This document shows, one piece after another, positions 1-9,300 of a DNA stretch of 46,325 nt. The stretch comes from a virus: IMG/VR virus record IMGVR_UViG_3300009100_000007; one strand, 5' to 3'. Within the stretch, counting starts at the first letter, position 1, and every line of letters starts with the position of its first letter. The position numbers were made by a program, and so were the translations under genes. The notes beneath the pieces were generated by a model. It saw only the letters and a program-made list of their open reading frames with translations, did no database searches and had not been told where the DNA came from.

Positions 1-123
1 GCAAGGCGGCGGACGATACAGCGATTGGTCAGGAAATGGCCAAGGCGCAGTTACAAAGGGAGTCATTGCTGCACCATGACGATGTACCTTTCATTCCGGC
101 GTATTTGCAGGGCGAGGTAGAGA
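1..123. repeat. Terminal direct repeat, left copy (identical to 46203..46325); closure overlap of a circular or circularly permuted phage assembly
   Basis: Compared base by base: 1..123 (gcaaggcggcggacgataca...ggcgaggtagaga) recurs exactly at 46203..46325, giving a unit length of 46202 bp. Confidence 0.95.
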
Positions 124-134
124 AACCAGCGTGA
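1..134 (+). CDS. 3' end of the wrapping ORF that starts at 45698 (duplicate copy of its C-terminus plus the last 11 nt and stop)
   Basis: Frame carried over from 45698 through the repeat reads ...VPFIPAYLQGEVEKPA and stops at TGA 132..134. That stop overlaps the GTG start at 131 (GTGA). Confidence 0.6.
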   Translation, partial: KAADDTAIGQEMAKAQLQRESLLHHDDVPFIPAYLQGEVEKPA

Positions 135-802
135 GAAAGAGCGAAATAATTGATGCCGTAGTTGAAATGGTCCAAGACTCAAGCGGCCCGATGCGCAGCA
201 ATATAGGCCGCTGGGTCAATCTTGTCCTCGACGATATAGCGAGCCGCGGCCTGCTTCATTCCCTGCAACGCGAGGAACGGGCTGCAATGATTGCGGGCAA
301 TGGCGCTGACATGAATACCGGCAGAAATTACGATCTAAACCAGGACACGGACAAGGTTTACAAGGTGTTCATCCCGGCGTTAGGCAGCGACGCGGTGTTA
401 AAAAAGATCAGTCAAGATGAGTTTCTAACGCAAATGTCGATCGACGGTTTTGTGATGACCGGCAAACCCCGTTACTACTGCCTGTTCGGGCTTAAAACGC
501 TGCGCTTGCATCCGATTCCGTCACTCGAAGTGGCGCCGGGAGCACCTACGGAGCTGCAAAAGCTCTATGTTTGGAAATACAAAGATCCATCCTCTTTACT
601 AGAGAACGACGAAATCACCGAGTGGCAGTTAAAACATACTCCCTGCATCGTGGCGGGCGCGTATGCTTACGGCGCGCGGTTCGATGCGCTAGGAGATTAC
701 GCCTCAACCAAGATGGAGTATGAAAACCTGATTGTGAGGATGTTCCACGATCAGGAGTCAGACTTGGATTTGGCTCACGCGACAGCTTACAACGATACCT
801 AA
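131..802 (+). CDS. Virion protein, putative head-tail adaptor / tail tubular A-like (223 aa)
   Basis: GTG start overlaps the upstream stop. The ORF sits first after the capsid block and just before a ~500-aa protein and fibre genes, which is the T7 gp11-like position. Function assigned by size and synteny only. Confidence 0.5.
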   Translation: MRKSEIIDAVVEMVQDSSGPMRSNIGRWVNLVLDDIASRGLLHSLQREERAAMIAGNGADMNTGRNYDLNQDTDKVYKVFIPALGSDAVLKKISQDEFLTQMSIDGFVMTGKPRYYCLFGLKTLRLHPIPSLEVAPGAPTELQKLYVWKYKDPSSLLENDEITEWQLKHTPCIVAGAYAYGARFDALGDYASTKMEYENLIVRMFHDQESDLDLAHATAYNDT

Positions 803-811
803 GGAGGGAAA

Positions 812-1042
812 ATGGCAGACAATAATCACGATCCGCGGGAAGTCGGCGGAATACAGCCTATCTACTGCCCGCAGTGTAACCAGGAAGTGAAAACGCTCGA
901 TTCTTATCAACTAAGCAAGGACAATAAGCGGTATCATTACCCCGTTTGCTGGCAGCGCTTTGAGTTGCTTTTACTACCTACCGGCGCGGCTGAGGTGTTC
1001 CCGGATACGCATGTAGCGGAGTCGGGCAAAAAGAAAAAGTAG
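812..1042 (+). CDS. Small Zn-ribbon-like protein in the tail module (76 aa)
   Basis: Strong RBS (AAGGAGGG) 5 nt before the ATG. Contains CPQC ... YPVC cysteine pairs and a Lys-rich C-terminus. Confidence 0.6.
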   Translation: MADNNHDPREVGGIQPIYCPQCNQEVKTLDSYQLSKDNKRYHYPVCWQRFELLLLPTGAAEVFPDTHVAESGKKKK

Positions 1043-1051
1043 TAACCCGCA

Positions 1052-2551
1052 ATGGCGCTCAAGCCCGAAATACTTTCCTCTTTTTCGGGCGGAATCAATC
1101 TTACCGGCCAGCCTCTTAATATTGGCGAGAATGATCTGCTCGACTGTAAAAATATGTACCCGGTTGCAGCCGGGTATCTTGTCGGCAGGGGCGGTCAAAC
1201 CAATTATAACCCGAGCGCCTTCACCGTCGATCCGATAGGTTCCCTGTATCGTTTCTACAAGCAGAACGGGCAGGGTATCACGCTGGCGAGCGCCGGCACT
1301 ACGCTTTATCAAATAAATGATACTACCGGAATCGCTACCGCAATAACGAGCGCTTTGGGTGGACAGGGGCGGCGGCTATCGTTCGTTACCTGGTCAAGCA
1401 AGAATAAGGTCTACATTCAAAACAATACCGTTGCCATGTTGTCATGGGACGGTACTACGTTGACCGCGATCGGCGGGAGTCCTATCGGTTCGCAAGTCGA
1501 GATGTACTTGCAAAGGCTTTATGTGCTCCAGCCCAATGTCGTAGCGTTCAGCGATTTGAACGTCGACAACGTATTCCAAGGCGCGGCGCTGCTCAATATC
1601 GCGGACAATAAAGGCGGTACGGCACAGTTTCTAAAAGCCGCCAACAATATGCTGATAGTCGGTAAGACTTCCGGCCTCTGGCGCCTTCAAGGATCACCGC
1701 TGCTAGGTAACGTCTTTGTGCCTTATTCAGATGTCGGCTGCATTGCTCCGTTATCCGCCGACGTTGTGACCATGATGAGCAACGGGCAGGTTATACCGGC
1801 GGGAGTGGTATTCTTGGGCAGGGACGGGGTTTACGTTACGGACGGCAATACCGTGACGCTAATCAGCTCCAAAATCACTCCTTTATTCACAGGCTATTTT
1901 AAAGGCGCAGTTGGAAAATACTACCCGAAGCGCCGGCAGTATCTTTTAAGTTTCGACACCGCGGGTGGAGCCAATGACACGCTTTGGGTAGGCACCAATA
2001 TCGATATGGCCGGATCTCAAGTAGCCTGGACGGAGTACACCGGATTTAATTGCGACTCTTTCACGGTATTCGACGGCGAGAATGATAGCGGCGAGCTTCT
2101 AGCGGGGCTTTCCGTTGATGGACGAATAAGAAAGCTCGACACCGGAGTGCAGGACGTAGGGGTAGATTATACCTGTTCACTAACCACTCGTTATTTTGGC
2201 GAGCCGTTTAAAAATCAACAGGTGCGCTGGATCAAGCCGGTCTTTGACGCTACCAAGCCGGTGCATTACCAGATCGACTATTTTCAAAAGCAACTATCGA
2301 GCGGAAACGTATCCAGTGATGCTCTGCTTGGAACATGGGATGTCGGCACTTGGGATGTCGGCACATGGGGCGGCGCGTCATTTTATAGCGCCCGCACTTC
2401 CGTGCTCGATTACAAGTATGGCAGGTACTACAGCACCAATATTTCAAACACAGGGGATGGGGCTCGCTTCAAGTTTTTCTCGCTTGCGATAGAGTCCCGA
2501 ACCAAAGATAGGCGTTTCCATGATGTATTCAGCCTCAACACGAGTCCGTAA
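1052..2551 (+). CDS. Virion protein, putative tail tubular B / nozzle-like (499 aa)
   Basis: Long uninterrupted ORF. The N-terminus SSFSGGINLTGQPLNIGENDLLDCKNM resembles podovirus nozzle proteins. Position after the adaptor-like gene supports this. Function by synteny and weak motif recall. Confidence 0.5.
   Translation: MALKPEILSSFSGGINLTGQPLNIGENDLLDCKNMYPVAAGYLVGRGGQTNYNPSAFTVDPIGSLYRFYKQNGQGITLASAGTTLYQINDTTGIATAITSALGGQGRRLSFVTWSSKNKVYIQNNTVAMLSWDGTTLTAIGGSPIGSQVEMYLQRLYVLQPNVVAFSDLNVDNVFQGAALLNIADNKGGTAQFLKAANNMLIVGKTSGLWRLQGSPLLGNVFVPYSDVGCIAPLSADVVTMMSNGQVIPAGVVFLGRDGVYVTDGNTVTLISSKITPLFTGYFKGAVGKYYPKRRQYLLSFDTAGGANDTLWVGTNIDMAGSQVAWTEYTGFNCDSFTVFDGENDSGELLAGLSVDGRIRKLDTGVQDVGVDYTCSLTTRYFGEPFKNQQVRWIKPVFDATKPVHYQIDYFQKQLSSGNVSSDALLGTWDVGTWDVGTWGGASFYSARTSVLDYKYGRYYSTNISNTGDGARFKFFSLAIESRTKDRRFHDVFSLNTSP
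2333..2374 (+). repeat. Tandem 15-nt repeat (2.8 copies) encoding GTWDV-GTWDV-GTWGG inside 1052..2551
   Basis: acatgggatgtcggc / acttgggatgtcggc / acatggggcggc, read directly. Confidence 0.9.
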
Positions 2552-3385
2552 ATGGGAATTATAAGTAAACCGTTCACATTCGTCGGCGGCACGACCAAGG
2601 CCAACGAAGCGTCACAAGTCAATGCTGACCTTGACGCGCTTTATACTTTGGTAAACGGCAATATTGACGATGCGAATGTGATTGCGACCGCCAATATTCA
2701 GCAGTCGAAGATTCTAAACCTCCCCTCAGACTTAAACGTAATACGGGGCGAGCGTGTTACGGAAGTTAATATGCTGTTTTTTCAAGCCAGCGGTACGTAT
2801 ACAAAGCCCGCTGATTTACGGTTCGCTCATATTATCTGCATAGGGGCAGGCGGCGGCGGCGCCGGTGCTGCGTCCAGTAGCGCAAGCTTTCCTTGCGCGG
2901 GTGGCGGGGGAGGGTCCGGGGCATATACCGAAGGCTGGTTTAATGCCGCGAATATTCCTAGCTCGGTTGCCGCTATTGTTGGAACTGGCGGTATTGGCGG
3001 CGGTTTTTTGGGGGCTACTGGTCAAACTAGCGAGTTCGGCGCGTTGTTAAACTCCGCTGGCGGTGCCGGCGGGGATGTCGCCACGGACTCCATTGGCAAT
3101 GGTGGAGCAGGCGGAAGCCCGGCGTTGGGGCAGATTACACTCCCTGGCATTCGTGGTGAAGCAGGGTTTGTAACTACTGCGCCATTTCCTATTGCCAAAG
3201 GCGGGAGTGGCGGTTCGTTAGGGCAGTACATGATTCCGGGAGTCGGCGTATCAGCGGGCGGCTCTTTCAACGGTGTAAACGGCACTCTTGGCGCTGGCGG
3301 CGCCGGTGCTATTGCCATCAACGGTTCTGCGCTAGGCGGCACCGGCGGTCACGGCTTTATATTAGTTGTGGAATTTAAGTCGTGA
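2552..3385 (+). CDS. Tail fibre-like protein with glycine-rich C-terminal domain (277 aa)
   Basis: The N-terminus FTFVGGTTKANEASQVNADLDALYTLVNGNIDDANV is the usual phage fibre N-terminal pattern. It is followed by GAGGGGAG / GGGGGSG / GGAGG glycine runs. Confidence 0.65.
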   Translation: MGIISKPFTFVGGTTKANEASQVNADLDALYTLVNGNIDDANVIATANIQQSKILNLPSDLNVIRGERVTEVNMLFFQASGTYTKPADLRFAHIICIGAGGGGAGAASSSASFPCAGGGGGSGAYTEGWFNAANIPSSVAAIVGTGGIGGGFLGATGQTSEFGALLNSAGGAGGDVATDSIGNGGAGGSPALGQITLPGIRGEAGFVTTAPFPIAKGGSGGSLGQYMIPGVGVSAGGSFNGVNGTLGAGGAGAIAINGSALGGTGGHGFILVVEFKS

Positions 3386-3660
3386 AACGATTTGTAGATG
3401 CGGGAGTCTTAAATCAGCAGTGGGACGAGGTTGTCCATAACGCGATTGACAGGCGCCAATTCGTTGACGTGATAACGCCCGCAACACCGGATTTGGAATA
3501 CTCTATCGAGCATGGATTTGGAACAGTGGCGATCGGTTTTATCGTTATCAGTCAGGACAAAGCGGCAATAACTTACAAGGGCTCAACGGCGTGGGATAAC
3601 GACAAAGTGTATTTAAAGACCAATACGGCAACCGTAGCGGCTCGCGTCATGGTTTTCTGA
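3382..3660 (+). CDS. Hypothetical protein (92 aa)
   Basis: GTG start overlaps the upstream TGA (GTGA coupling). The ORF fills the gap in the late operon. Confidence 0.6.
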   Translation: MKRFVDAGVLNQQWDEVVHNAIDRRQFVDVITPATPDLEYSIEHGFGTVAIGFIVISQDKAAITYKGSTAWDNDKVYLKTNTATVAARVMVF

Positions 3661-4077
3661 ATGCTGGATAGATTAACCGAAATGATGCTCGATCATTTTC
3701 CGTTTCTCGACAGTGATGAGGCGGATTTAATTTTGCGCCTATGTGGGAAAAACCACGGGCTTTTCTATTTTCCCGAAGATGAGCCCGATTCTTTATTGGG
3801 TTACTTTCAGTTTTTCCCCGAGCTTATCAACGTGGTGAGACTGCGGGAGTTTGACATACTCATGAAATGCGACTTGACAACCGGCCCGCTGGTTTGTGTG
3901 GCGGCGCTGATTATGCCGGGAAACGCGCTCAGGACTATCACCATGATCGTTCGAGAACTAAACGCACGAGCCTATGCCTTTCACCGCTACAGGCAAGACG
4001 ATTACGAATTTCATTTTGTGAGAAATAACCACTATCGGGTAGAGCAAACAGGGACCGACTATGCGCGTCAACAGTAA
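3661..4077 (+). CDS. Hypothetical protein (138 aa)
   Basis: The ATG directly follows the TGA of 3382..3660, in the same frame. No recognisable motif. Confidence 0.6.
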   Translation: MLDRLTEMMLDHFPFLDSDEADLILRLCGKNHGLFYFPEDEPDSLLGYFQFFPELINVVRLREFDILMKCDLTTGPLVCVAALIMPGNALRTITMIVRELNARAYAFHRYRQDDYEFHFVRNNHYRVEQTGTDYARQQ

Positions 4078-4939
4078 AATAGTCATAGACCTTGATACCG
4101 GCGCGGTCGTTGAGCGTGACAGCTACGAATACTCAGGCCCGGTTGCCGGGTGTATTAGCGGCAGCGGAGGCAAAACCAAGAGCAAGTCGAATCAAGAGAG
4201 CGGCACTAAATACAACGCGGACTTTTTAAGGCGGGCAACCGCATTTGCAAGTGGCGAGCAAGACACTACAGACAAAGACAACTTCGACACTAACGCATAT
4301 CTTAAAGCCCATCCTGATGTCGCAGCCGATACCAATTACGGCGCTGACCCATATCAACATTATCTCGACTTCGGCCAGCATCAGGAGGGCTACGACTACA
4401 CGCCGAAAGCCAAGATGTTTGATTCCCCGGCTTACGACCCGAAGTATGTCAAGGGCGCCTATACGTCGGTTGCCCCTGGCGGCTTTGATAAATTGGAAAG
4501 CTCACTCTATGAAACGCAATCATCGAAGTTAAAACAAGCCTATGACAGTGCCACGGCGCAGCAACGCGAGGAGTTAGCGCAGATGGGCGGGCTTAATTCC
4601 CCGTCGCAATATCTGGAAGGCTCTGCGCGCTCTAGCCTTGACCGTACCTATATCCAGAACTTGCAGCAGGCAGCGCGCGACGCTTTTATGGGCCGACTTG
4701 GAGCAGAGACAGCAGAAGCGGCGCGCCGTACCGGGTTTGATGTTGGAGAGGCGACCAGAGAAACGGGCTTCAATCAGGACACGGCGAAAGCGATATTGGA
4801 AATGTGGATGCGAAAAATCATGGCGGCAATAGAATCTGGTCGATACGGCGAAGGCGCCAGCAGCGGCAAGGGCAATACTGCCGCCGGCGGCATAGTTACC
4901 TTCGGCCCAAGTAACAGCAGCACCGGCAGCACTGAGTAA
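4061..4939 (+). CDS. Virion-module protein (292 aa); N-terminal ~30 aa paralogous to the N-terminus of 44369..44797
   Basis: KIVIDLDTGAVVERDSYEYSGPVA aligns position by position with KVVLEIESGKVLSREGFLYDGPCA of the post-capsid ORF. The rest is Q/A/S-rich. Confidence 0.65.
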   Translation: MRVNSKIVIDLDTGAVVERDSYEYSGPVAGCISGSGGKTKSKSNQESGTKYNADFLRRATAFASGEQDTTDKDNFDTNAYLKAHPDVAADTNYGADPYQHYLDFGQHQEGYDYTPKAKMFDSPAYDPKYVKGAYTSVAPGGFDKLESSLYETQSSKLKQAYDSATAQQREELAQMGGLNSPSQYLEGSARSSLDRTYIQNLQQAARDAFMGRLGAETAEAARRTGFDVGEATRETGFNQDTAKAILEMWMRKIMAAIESGRYGEGASSGKGNTAAGGIVTFGPSNSSTGSTE

Positions 4940-4942
4940 TTT

Positions 4943-6310
4943 ATGGGACTAGCTGATTTCTTAGCAGATGCGGGAAACCGGACAGTGGTCGGGCAGGTTG
5001 CCCAGGCATTCGGCGGGCAAACTTCCAACCAGCGCAGAATCGCCGAAAAACAGGCCATTCTTAAAAATTTCACGGATAATCAACTCCCTGCTTTATTACA
5101 GGAGATCCATGCCAATACCGATGAAACGAAAATTCCCGCATTAGGCAGTAAGTTCGCAATCGCGGCGGCTCAGGCAGGAATACCAGTGCAGGGCATTGAA
5201 AAGTTGATGGAGATGACCATTGGCCCTGCTCTACAGGGAGTAAGAGCGGAGGGATTGCGAAAACTCAGCGCCGAGTACGGAGCACAGGAGGCGCAGCCGA
5301 GGCCGGAAAACAAGGAGGGACCGCTTACCCCGAGCGGTAATTTTGTAGACCCGAGAGCGGAAAAACCGCTCGACTTAAATTTCGTGACCCGGTTTGGTCA
5401 ACTCACCGGCGCCAATCCCGAGGGGATGAGGCACCTTCTAGGCACGCCAGCTGAAATCGCTAACAAGCAAGCGAGCACTCAAAAGACGCAGGGGGAAATA
5501 GACAAAGAGGCAGCAACGCAAAGGGCAATTCAAGGCTTGTCTAACGAACCGATAGAGCAAGGCTTACCGTCATTACAGCAACTAGCACACATAAACCGGG
5601 CTGGAATTGTACAAACCTTGCCGGGACGCGCAAAACCGGAAGATCCTTTATTAGAGGAACGCAGAGGCTTGCTTGGCGCACAGACGACGGCTGCTAATGC
5701 GCAAGCAATGGCGGACAGGGCTAGAGCCAGCCGCGAACCAGGCGGCAGCGGCGGGCGGGGAAGTGCGTTGATGCAGGATTTTGTAAAGTCAGGCGGCGAC
5801 CCGGCAGACGTTGAAGGCTTCATGGAATACTCGGCAAGGCGCAAACAGGCCGGCGTAGGGGGAGTTACCGAGACAGAGGGGCCGGTTGACCCGACGAAAA
5901 ACCTCTTAGCAGAGGCCGCAATTGCAAAGATGGCGCAGGACCGAGGCACGACAGATGCAGCATCACTTAAAAAGATAGCCGCCGACATGGGCTATGAGCT
6001 TGAAGGCAATCCCACCGTCGAAGGACCAAACGTAGCCAATAGGGCGTTATCCGCTTTTGGAGTCAGTGAGGCTGCGCCGTCAAAATTGAAGGGTAATTTT
6101 TCCTTAAAACCAAAGACCAAGACGGTTACTAAAACGCCGAGCGGCCCAGCCGGCAAAGCGCTGCCGGGTCAAGGCCGATATAGTGAGGGTGTGCCGAGCG
6201 GTTCAGCGCCAGCAGCGCAGGCAGGTGGTAGAGGACGAGGGCAGGGAATTACTCCCGCCGGTACGCCGGACGATAACGACCCTCTCGGTATCAGGCCGAA
6301 GCGAAGATAA
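4943..6310 (+). CDS. Internal-virion-type protein, low-complexity A/G/Q/P-rich (455 aa)
   Basis: Long ORF between the nozzle/fibre genes and the 1286-aa protein, which is the T7 gp14/15-like position. Confidence 0.55.
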   Translation: MGLADFLADAGNRTVVGQVAQAFGGQTSNQRRIAEKQAILKNFTDNQLPALLQEIHANTDETKIPALGSKFAIAAAQAGIPVQGIEKLMEMTIGPALQGVRAEGLRKLSAEYGAQEAQPRPENKEGPLTPSGNFVDPRAEKPLDLNFVTRFGQLTGANPEGMRHLLGTPAEIANKQASTQKTQGEIDKEAATQRAIQGLSNEPIEQGLPSLQQLAHINRAGIVQTLPGRAKPEDPLLEERRGLLGAQTTAANAQAMADRARASREPGGSGGRGSALMQDFVKSGGDPADVEGFMEYSARRKQAGVGGVTETEGPVDPTKNLLAEAAIAKMAQDRGTTDAASLKKIAADMGYELEGNPTVEGPNVANRALSAFGVSEAAPSKLKGNFSLKPKTKTVTKTPSGPAGKALPGQGRYSEGVPSGSAPAAQAGGRGRGQGITPAGTPDDNDPLGIRPKRR

Positions 6311-9300
6311 ATGCCGATCGATGAACTTAACGCTATTCGCCAAAAATACCCGGGCAAGTATGACGATCTTGGGGATGGCGACCTTGCCGGGATGCTCGCG
6401 GCGAAATATCCGGCTTACAAGGACTTGCCTGACAGGGTAGCGGCAGAGAGTAAGCCATCGCCTTATAGCGGCTTGGCCGGCGGCGCCGAGGCGAAGATCC
6501 AGCGCACACCCGGATTTTTACAATCCCTTAGCGAAGAAACTAAAGCCGCGTTTCGTCCAGGCAAGACGCTGGCTGACACGGGGGTAAACCCCCTGCAACT
6601 CTTATCGGCGCCGTTTAACGCCATCTCACGCGGCACTACCAAGTACGCCGCGGAGAATCTAAACATCACGCCGCTACAGGCAGACTTGGCGGGCGAGTCA
6701 GCCAGCTTTCTTGCGGGACTGGTTCCGGTTCCGGTAGGCAGAGCGGCGTCAGCGGTTAAAGGCTTATTTCCCAAAGCCCGAACCGTAGAGGAATTACTAC
6801 CCCAACGTGCAGCTTTACCGACCGGGCCAGCAGCGATTGCACCGCCGCCACCTCAGCGAGCCTTGCCGCCGCCTGAAATGGTTATGGAGGCAACACCGGA
6901 CTTAACAACCCCCGGCGGCGCGGTTATGCGCGGCACGGTCAGCCCTGCACCAAAACGGACGATCATTGACCTGATAGACGAAGTGAAACAGGACGTTAAA
7001 AATCAAGTCATGGAGGAGATTTTCCAGGAGCTTCGCACCGGCAGAACAGCGGCAATGCCCAGAGTACAAAGGCCGCAACAGATTGAGCCGCCGCGCCTGC
7101 AATTACCGCCGCCGGAAAAGGTTATCTACGAAGGCACGCCGGAAGGGCAACTATCCGCAACGGCGTGGCGACCCGTACCAAAAGAATCAATCACCAACGC
7201 GCGCGGTCAGGCGGCAGACTTCATGGAGGGAGCAAGGCCGACAATCACGGAAACACCAGCGCCATTGCCAATAAAAGCGCCGGAAACCACAGCTTTAGAT
7301 ACGCTCAAGGAACGCTATGATAGGGTAAAAACGCCAGCGCTTAAAAAGCAGATAGAACAGCAATGGATTGAAAGCCATGAACTAGAGAAAATTCCTATTG
7401 GTTCCGGTTATGGACAAATAACTGGTACGGGCGCTGATACTACAATGACGGCGGCGCCACAATCTCAAATCGATGAAATTTTAAAACCGCTTAGAGAAGG
7501 GCCGCAGGCACCGGCGGCACCAAAGGCACCGCGTCAAACCAAGTCAGATATCGTGTCAGTCATGCAGGGCATTGAGCGCGAGTCGGACCCGGCAACCCTC
7601 TTGACGCTTGCCATAGATGGAAAGACTCCCCGCGATTTACAGCGCATGGCCGGCGATCGATTAAACGATTTCAAGATTAAAGACCTAGCCGTAGCGCTCG
7701 AAACCCTGGACGACGAAGCCCTAAAAAAGCTATCGCGTAGCGGCGCCGTCAGCCAACAGGTGAGCTTTCAGGCTAAAGGATTGCTCAATCGGCGAGTTAA
7801 AACGACACCCGTAGCAGAGGAAATGGCGCCGCGCACCCCGGAAGAAATGATACGCGAGCACCAAACCACCAAGATACTACAGGAAGCGGAAGCGAAGGGG
7901 CGACCAGCCGCAACGCCGGACATTGCGGCAGAAACAGGGAAGCCGCAAATTCATACGGGTCAGCCGTGGGTCAAAGTCCCTGATAAATCCTTAAAGCAGC
8001 TAAACAACTACCTAGCCAATAACCCGGTAGAAGTTCGCAAGAACGTCACCGGGCCAACCGATCATCGTATTACCATAAAAGCCCCAGACGGCACCGGCCT
8101 AGAACTAGGTCAATACGGTGAGGACTGGCACATAACAGGTTGGAATGGACCGAAGTTTGGCAAGGCGGGCAGCACAATGGCCAAAGCCGAGGTCGAGGCG
8201 ACTATTCGCAATCTTACGTCGGCGCCCAAGCCCGGGGCCGAGCGCTCCCTAGGCGATATTCTCAAATCGGAAAAAGGACAGGTCGGCAGCACCGAAACCA
8301 ATCCGTTTGTTACCAGCAGCCGCCTTGCCATTGGCGAAACCTTTGAGCAGGCCGGTAAGACTGTCCGCAAAACTATGGGGCCGGAAGGCAACGAGCTTAT
8401 AGACCGGCTAACCGAAATCAGGAACAAAGGCGAGCGCGAAACCGGCATTGCCAGCCAGCCCATAGAGGATGCAGTTAAGAAGATAAAAAAAGGCGCCGAG
8501 TACGAGAATTTCGTTGACGTGCTCGAAGGCAACGCCGCGCCGGTCAATCAAAACGTCGCTAATGCGGCCAAGCTTGCCGACCCGGTACGGAGAGAGATCG
8601 CGGGGCGCGCAGTAGATGTAGACCTGCAAGTAAAAAATCCTATCACCGGGGAGTATCACCCGTTTCGGCCAAAGGACAATTATTTCCCGCACTACTCCAA
8701 AGAAGAGCTATCCAAATTAGTCGAAGATCCAACGCGGCGGGCCGACATCAAGGCGCAGATCAAGGCAGAGCTAGGCCCAAATGCCACCGACCGCCAAGCG
8801 GAGCAGGCATTGCAGGCGATGATAAAGGCGACCAAGGGACGCGAGGGACACTTGGAAATCGCCCGCGTGCTGGACTTTGGCGACTATCATAAAGACCCGA
8901 GAGCTTTTCTGAAATATATCAACGATGCCTATAGGCGAATCAATACCGCGGAACAGCTGGGGCCACGCCTGGAAAAAGCCGAGGAACTTTTAGCCAAAAT
9001 CGGCCAGAATCACGGCGACAAGGCAGAGAGTTTTGCCCGCACGCTACTCAACCGCGAGCTTCGGCTTGAGCAGACTCCCGACACTCTCGCTAAATCGATG
9101 ATGGAAACGGCGAGAAACTACGAAGTGTTTACCAAACTCGGGCGGGCCTTTATTCCCAACCTTTCACAGCACGCTTACACGGCGATTGTGGCAGGAACGA
9201 AGAACACCGGGAAGGCGATGGGCGAAGCATTTACCAAAGGCGGGAAGGAATTTGCCAGACGCGCCGGCGTTATCAACGATGAAGTTATCAAGGAATTTCT

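Noticed and set aside
131-3385. Four consecutive ORFs (131, 812, 1052, 2552) share one reading frame, which could suggest a readthrough polyprotein
   Set aside because: They are separated by TAA or by TAG plus TAA, with spacers that carry an RBS (for example AAGGAGGG before 812). This is most simply chance plus compact gene packing.
3382-4077. Third readthrough candidate: 3382..3660 and 3661..4077 are in the same frame, separated by a single TGA
   Set aside because: The TGA is followed by A, not C. An ATG follows immediately, which is the ordinary stop-start coupling used throughout this operon. No conserved domain spans the junction.
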